From the NCBI GenBank assembly GCA_050950825.1, contig JBMNIH010000006.1, positions 274,144-338,143 on the forward strand: 64,000 nucleotides of DNA. The letters are read 5' to 3'. Both the position numbers and the translations under genes were made by a program. Shown in pieces: positions 59,307 to 64,000 of the stretch. Below the pieces are notes generated by a model that had not been told where the DNA came from, searched no databases, and saw nothing but the letters and a program-made list of their open reading frames with translations. This DNA comes from Clostridia bacterium (lineage in GTDB: Bacteria > Bacillota > Clostridia > JAAYHZ01). Position 1 is the stretch's first letter. The number at the start of each line of letters is the position of its first letter.

Positions 59307-61832
59307 TTATGGCAATACCGTTGGGTCGTCTTTCAGATTAAATACATTGTCTCGCAATATGAACTTCGCTTTTTCTTCCGCACCGGTTCCGACCAAACGA
59401 CGCGGTTCAAAAGAGGAAAGAGGCGGATACACAACGTTATGATGGAATTCTTGAATGGTTTGAGGAATACCTCGTATCCAATAAGGATAACGGTCGGACA
59501 AGAACATGTTGTTGTACATGAGAATGGTATCCCCTGCTATATTGGTTCCGTCTTGTCGGTCGGCACCGCCGTGCATGTCGAAGCAATGGCTCAAGGATTC
59601 TCCCATTTGCAGATTATGGCGTGCTATGTATCCGGACCCGGGCGCGCCGGTTCCCGCAATATCGTGTCGATTGGCATTCATCAAATTGTATTCAATCAGA
59701 ACGGTTGCTTTTGCCAAGCACACGCCGTACCCTAAACCGTTTCTTTGGTTGTGGTGTAAGTAATTGTGGTGGACATGATGGTCGTCGTTGGACACGTTGA
59801 TGGCGGCGGAACTGAATCCCGCGATTTCACAGTTATCCACCGTCAAACCGGGTCTTGTGGTGTTGATACCGTTAAATGCATTGATACGGTAGTAATAGCT
59901 GCTGCCCTTCGGCGCATTTCCGGAAAAGCTTCGGGCATGGTGTTCCAATCTTTTTTCGGGGTCTCCTCCGCGTATAGTCAAGCCGGTTATGCGGGCATTG
60001 TCGTGGGTGGTAAGCAAAGGACCGAAGAAGGCATCGCAGAAGATCAAAGCTCCGGTAGATCCGTTATATCCGCGATCGCTTGCCAAGGTCACTCCTTGTC
60101 GAACGGTTAAGGTCGCTTGGGTTGTGGTTAAATCGATCACCGCATCGCCCTTAATAAACACCACTTCTCCTTCTTTGGCTTGTAAAAGGGCCTTGAACAA
60201 TTCCTCCGCCGTTTCCACCACGTAATCTCCCGTCGTATATATGTCTTTATACCCGTACCCTCCTCCTAAGGGATTGTCATCCGGTATGACACCGTATACG
60301 ACTCCGTCGATGGTAATGTTCGGATTGTCCAAGTAATCGTAAGCGCGATCGTATTTTTCAATGGTTCTAACCGCTTTAACCAGGTATTCGTCTACGGTTT
60401 TTACTTCCATATCTTCATCGGCCATTTGGACGTAAAGCTCTTGGAGAATATCCAAAACATCGTTCAAATCCGTGTAATAAATTCTGCTTGTAATATTGGT
60501 AAGCCTCATATCCGGGGTATGTTTTTTCGCATACTCGACGACGGAGTAAAGGGCTTCGTCGTTTTTCCCGATATTCGCTTTTTCCGCCAAACCGTATTCG
60601 TTATTTTTATACGTCACCTGCGATTGCTTCGCATAGGATTCGTCGCCAAAGAGCACGGATAAGGTTAAATCCTTTTCGGCTTGCGCAAAATAGTTGCTGG
60701 TAACTTCGAATTTTGCGGAAGGCAGCTTGTTGATATAAAACGGGGTTTGAAGCGTGAAAAACGTATTGTTGGAAATGACCAGAAACTCTACGATATCGGC
60801 TGTGTTCTTGGACTTGGTTTCCTTAAGAAAGATGCAATATTCGTCCGCCGTATCCAAAAAGACGTTGTTTTTCACTTCAATACCGGTTCCCTTCTTATGA
60901 ACTCCGGCAACGGAGTTACGATTGTAATTGAAAAGATTGTATTCGACTATCGCCGTCGCACCTTCTACATAAACCCCGTGCCCTACATTGATGGAACGGT
61001 TATGATGGATGTAGTTATTACGGATTTTGTGATCTTTTCCCCCGGTCAGCTTGATGGCGGAATCGTTGAATCCGGAAATCTCGCAGTTTTCGACAATTAA
61101 TCCGTCTTTATCCGTAGTGATTGCGCATCCCATTGCTTTGTTCTTCCAATCGCGAATCATGGGATCCGGTCCTTGGATGCAAAGTCCGGTAATCCGAACG
61201 TTGCTGCCCGCTTGTATTAACGGCTTCGCCCGAATGGCGGTAGTGTAAAGCATTCCTCCCTTGGATCCGTTATGTCCTCTGTCGCCGGCTAACGTTACGT
61301 TATCCGGAAGAGTGATGACATAGTTCTCCGCAATGCAAAAATCCGTCATGTCGATTTTGGCATCGCCTTCAATAAAGATGGTTTCTCCCGCCTTTACTTT
61401 GGACAAGGCATCCACCAGTTGATCCGCTGTCCGTACGTTGTATTTGCCTTTTGTAATAATATCCGTGTAGCCTTGTCCGCCTCCTACCGGATTGTCGCTC
61501 GGGATTATACCGTAGGTATTTCCCCTCTTTTCGATGCTCATATACGGATAATTGAGTTTAAAGCTATCCGAGCCTTCGATCTCGCGGATAAAAACATCCA
61601 ATTGTGCAATTACCTGTTCCTTTGTCAGTATGTTTTGCTCGTATTCGTACCTCAATACCTCCAATGCACGATGGACGTAATACGGGTCCGTATAATGACT
61701 TCGGGACGTGTAGAAGGATCCTGCGGAAGGATCCGTTTCAACGGCTGCTTCCTTTGAGCAGCCCGATAGTCCGGTAGCCATAAGAAGAACAATTAACATC
61801 ATGATTCCGATTTTTTTCATCATATTTTGCAT
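59307..61832 (-). CDS. Lipoprotein with two parallel beta-helix modules, paralog 2
   Basis: Start set at ATG 61832 (MQNMMKK...GLSGC lipobox); same duplicated module. Confidence 0.72.
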   Translation of the reverse strand: MQNMMKKIGIMMLIVLLMATGLSGCSKEAAVETDPSAGSFYTSRSHYTDPYYVHRALEVLRYEYEQNILTKEQVIAQLDVFIREIEGSDSFKLNYPYMSIEKRGNTYGIIPSDNPVGGGQGYTDIITKGKYNVRTADQLVDALSKVKAGETIFIEGDAKIDMTDFCIAENYVITLPDNVTLAGDRGHNGSKGGMLYTTAIRAKPLIQAGSNVRITGLCIQGPDPMIRDWKNKAMGCAITTDKDGLIVENCEISGFNDSAIKLTGGKDHKIRNNYIHHNRSINVGHGVYVEGATAIVEYNLFNYNRNSVAGVHKKGTGIEVKNNVFLDTADEYCIFLKETKSKNTADIVEFLVISNNTFFTLQTPFYINKLPSAKFEVTSNYFAQAEKDLTLSVLFGDESYAKQSQVTYKNNEYGLAEKANIGKNDEALYSVVEYAKKHTPDMRLTNITSRIYYTDLNDVLDILQELYVQMADEDMEVKTVDEYLVKAVRTIEKYDRAYDYLDNPNITIDGVVYGVIPDDNPLGGGYGYKDIYTTGDYVVETAEELFKALLQAKEGEVVFIKGDAVIDLTTTQATLTVRQGVTLASDRGYNGSTGALIFCDAFFGPLLTTHDNARITGLTIRGGDPEKRLEHHARSFSGNAPKGSSYYYRINAFNGINTTRPGLTVDNCEIAGFSSAAINVSNDDHHVHHNYLHHNQRNGLGYGVCLAKATVLIEYNLMNANRHDIAGTGAPGSGYIARHNLQMGESLSHCFDMHGGADRQDGTNIAGDTILMYNNMFLSDRYPYWIRGIPQTIQEFHHNVVYPPLSSFEPRRLVGTGAEEKAKFILRDNVFNLKDDPTVLP

Positions 61833-61854
61833 ATCCCTTTTACCCCTTTCCTGT

Positions 61855-64000
61855 TCAAGGTACAACGGTAGGTTCCATACCGGCATTAAAAACGTTGTCG
61901 GTGATATCCGTTTTTTCCCTTTCCCTGTCGTTTCTGCCGTAAAGTCTTTTGATGTCCAAGGATTCCAATGCAGGCCATACGATATTTCTGAAAAACCTCT
62001 GCTTGCTTTGGGGTGCTCCTCGCAAGGCATAGGGTAACCGATCGGACAGAAATACATTATTGTACATAAGAATCGTATCTCCGGCTATATCGGTTCCGTC
62101 CCTTCGATCCTCCCCTCCGTGCATATCAAAGCAGGCATCCAAAGAAATCCCCATTTGGATATTGTGCCGGGCGATATAGCCGGATCCGGGAGCACCGGTT
62201 CCCGCCAAATCGTGCCGATTGGCATTAAACAAATTGTATTCGATCACGGACGTCGCTTTTCCGTGGCAGATGCCGTAACCTAAGCCTTGGCGCTGGTTGT
62301 GATGGAAGTAGTTATGGTGGAAATAGTGGCCCGTCCCGTCCTTTACATAGACGGCCGCGTGGCTGAAGCCGGAGAATTCGCAGTTGTCCACATGAAGATT
62401 GTTACCGGAGGCAACAATACCGGCCAGAATTTGGATTCGGTCATAGTAAGGATTCCCCGGAGGGTTTTCCACGTAGTAAGCTTTTCGGTGATATTCGATT
62501 CTTCTTTCGGGATCCGCTCCTCGAACGGTCAATCCCGTAATGCGTACGTTTTCTCCTGCGATAAACAACGGAGTGATGAAAGAATCGCAGAAAATCAAGG
62601 CGCCCGTCGAATCGCCGTTGCCCCGATCGCTTGCCAAGGTGACACCGTCATTGATATGTATTCCGGGTTCTTCAACGGTCAGATCAATGACCGCATTCCC
62701 CTTGATAAAAACCGTTTCACCCTTTTTCGCTTTGGCCAACGCCGCTTTTAATTCTTCTGTTGTTTCCACAATGTAGTCTCCGGTTGTAAATATCTCTTTG
62801 TAACCGTAACCGCCCCCTAATGGCCGGTCATCCGGGACGGCGCCGTAGACCTTGCCGTTAATGGTCCTATAGGGCTTTTCCAAATAGGGGTAGGCTCGGT
62901 CATACCCTTCCAGCGCTCTTACCGTCTTTACAATGTCCTCTTTTATTTCTTCATCCTTTACATCCTGTTTATTTATCTTTTCAATAAGAGACAGCATTCC
63001 TTTCAGGGCATTTTCCATATCTCCGAAAACGTTTCTGCTCGTAATGTTCGTAAGCCGCATTTTAACCGTATGCTTCGATGCGTATCGAGAAATATCCTTC
63101 TTTTCCCTTTCATCGATTGTAAAGTCGAAAACATTCCCGGTAGCCTTTAACCTCGGATCCTCCCTATGAAGAAGCTTCATCATATCTTCAAAATCCTCTT
63201 CGGATGCCGCTATCCGGTTATGGGAAAATTCCAAGCCCTTTTCGGGAAGATGTTCAATTTCCAAAGGCTTTTGGCGAGTTAAGAAGGTATTGTTTTTTAC
63301 GATTAAATAATTTCCCGCCGAAACGTCTTTTCCGTCACGACCGGTGTTCATACGGATACACGCTTCGTATGCCGTACCCGCTTCGATATTGTTGATCACT
63401 TCGATACCGCAATTCGTCTTTCCGCTTCCGAAAATCGAAGTGCGGTTGTTGTTAAACAAGTTGCTTTCGATCAACACATAACCTTCCGAAACCAAGATTC
63501 CGTATCCTGCATTAACGGATTTGTTGTCGTGAATAAAGCAGTGTTTTATGACGATATCCTTTCCCTTTTCCGCTGCGATAGCGGCCTTGTTACATCCGGA
63601 TATTTCGCAGTTGTCGATGGAAACAAAGGACCCGTCAATGAGAATCCCCGTTCCTAAGGCCTTCCCTTTCCAATCCCGAAGCTTTGGATCCGGGCCTTGG
63701 ATGGTAAGACCGGTTATACGGCAATGATCGGCGACCTCAACGAAAGCTCCTGAATGTATGTACGTGGAGAAAATCTTTCCCCCTAAAGATCCGTTGAACC
63801 CTCGGTCCGAGGCCAACGTGACGCCTTCTTTTAATTTGATTACGTAGTTTTCGGAAATCACGTAATCGGTCATATCGATATTTGCGTCCCCGGCGATAAA
63901 GATCGTATCTCCGGATTTCGCTTTATCAAGGGCATCCATAAGTTCATCCGTCGTTTTCACGGTAAAGTCGCCTTCGGTTATGATATCCTTAAAGCCTTCT
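61855..64000 (-). CDS. Protein with two parallel beta-helix modules, paralog 1 (5' end outside window)
   Basis: Frame stays open to the window edge (EGFKDIITEGDFTVKTT); same duplicated module and CFDMHGG motif. Confidence 0.72.
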   Translation of the reverse strand, partial: EGFKDIITEGDFTVKTTDELMDALDKAKSGDTIFIAGDANIDMTDYVISENYVIKLKEGVTLASDRGFNGSLGGKIFSTYIHSGAFVEVADHCRITGLTIQGPDPKLRDWKGKALGTGILIDGSFVSIDNCEISGCNKAAIAAEKGKDIVIKHCFIHDNKSVNAGYGILVSEGYVLIESNLFNNNRTSIFGSGKTNCGIEVINNIEAGTAYEACIRMNTGRDGKDVSAGNYLIVKNNTFLTRQKPLEIEHLPEKGLEFSHNRIAASEEDFEDMMKLLHREDPRLKATGNVFDFTIDEREKKDISRYASKHTVKMRLTNITSRNVFGDMENALKGMLSLIEKINKQDVKDEEIKEDIVKTVRALEGYDRAYPYLEKPYRTINGKVYGAVPDDRPLGGGYGYKEIFTTGDYIVETTEELKAALAKAKKGETVFIKGNAVIDLTVEEPGIHINDGVTLASDRGNGDSTGALIFCDSFITPLFIAGENVRITGLTVRGADPERRIEYHRKAYYVENPPGNPYYDRIQILAGIVASGNNLHVDNCEFSGFSHAAVYVKDGTGHYFHHNYFHHNQRQGLGYGICHGKATSVIEYNLFNANRHDLAGTGAPGSGYIARHNIQMGISLDACFDMHGGEDRRDGTDIAGDTILMYNNVFLSDRLPYALRGAPQSKQRFFRNIVWPALESLDIKRLYGRNDREREKTDITDNVFNAGMEPTVVP

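Noticed and set aside
61833-62057. 75-aa N-terminal extension of the 916-aa ORF
   Set aside because: Overlaps the upstream paralog; the signal peptide and lipobox begin at ATG 61832

Overview
Chromosomal segment of an anaerobic Bacillota (Clostridia-like) bacterium, almost all on the minus strand. The left third is mostly housekeeping: yneA-like/lexA SOS pair, hfq, miaA, mutL, mutS, a YlbF/YmcA-family gene, miaB, pgi, pheS/pheT and RNA-modification genes. lexA has a +1 frameshift. The rest is mostly uncharacterised catabolic genes. (1) An operon with a cytoplasmic lyase-like protein, an Asp-box/sialidase-fold protein, an enolase-superfamily enzyme and three tandem ~930-aa heparinase II/III-like lipoproteins with a CxxC/CxxC insert. 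(2) An intact class C group II intron inserted behind the terminator just upstream of that operon. (3) A single-chain dihydropyrimidine-dehydrogenase-like enzyme with rearranged domain order. (4) A TetR/aminotransferase/amidohydrolase/MFS operon with a structured leader. (5) A tandem pair of QueG/reductive-dehalogenase-like Fe-S proteins divergent from an AraC gene. (6) At least three tandem exported proteins, each with a duplicated beta-helix module. I saw no CRISPR array, tRNA or rRNA. All calls come from reading motifs by eye; no database search or folding program was run.
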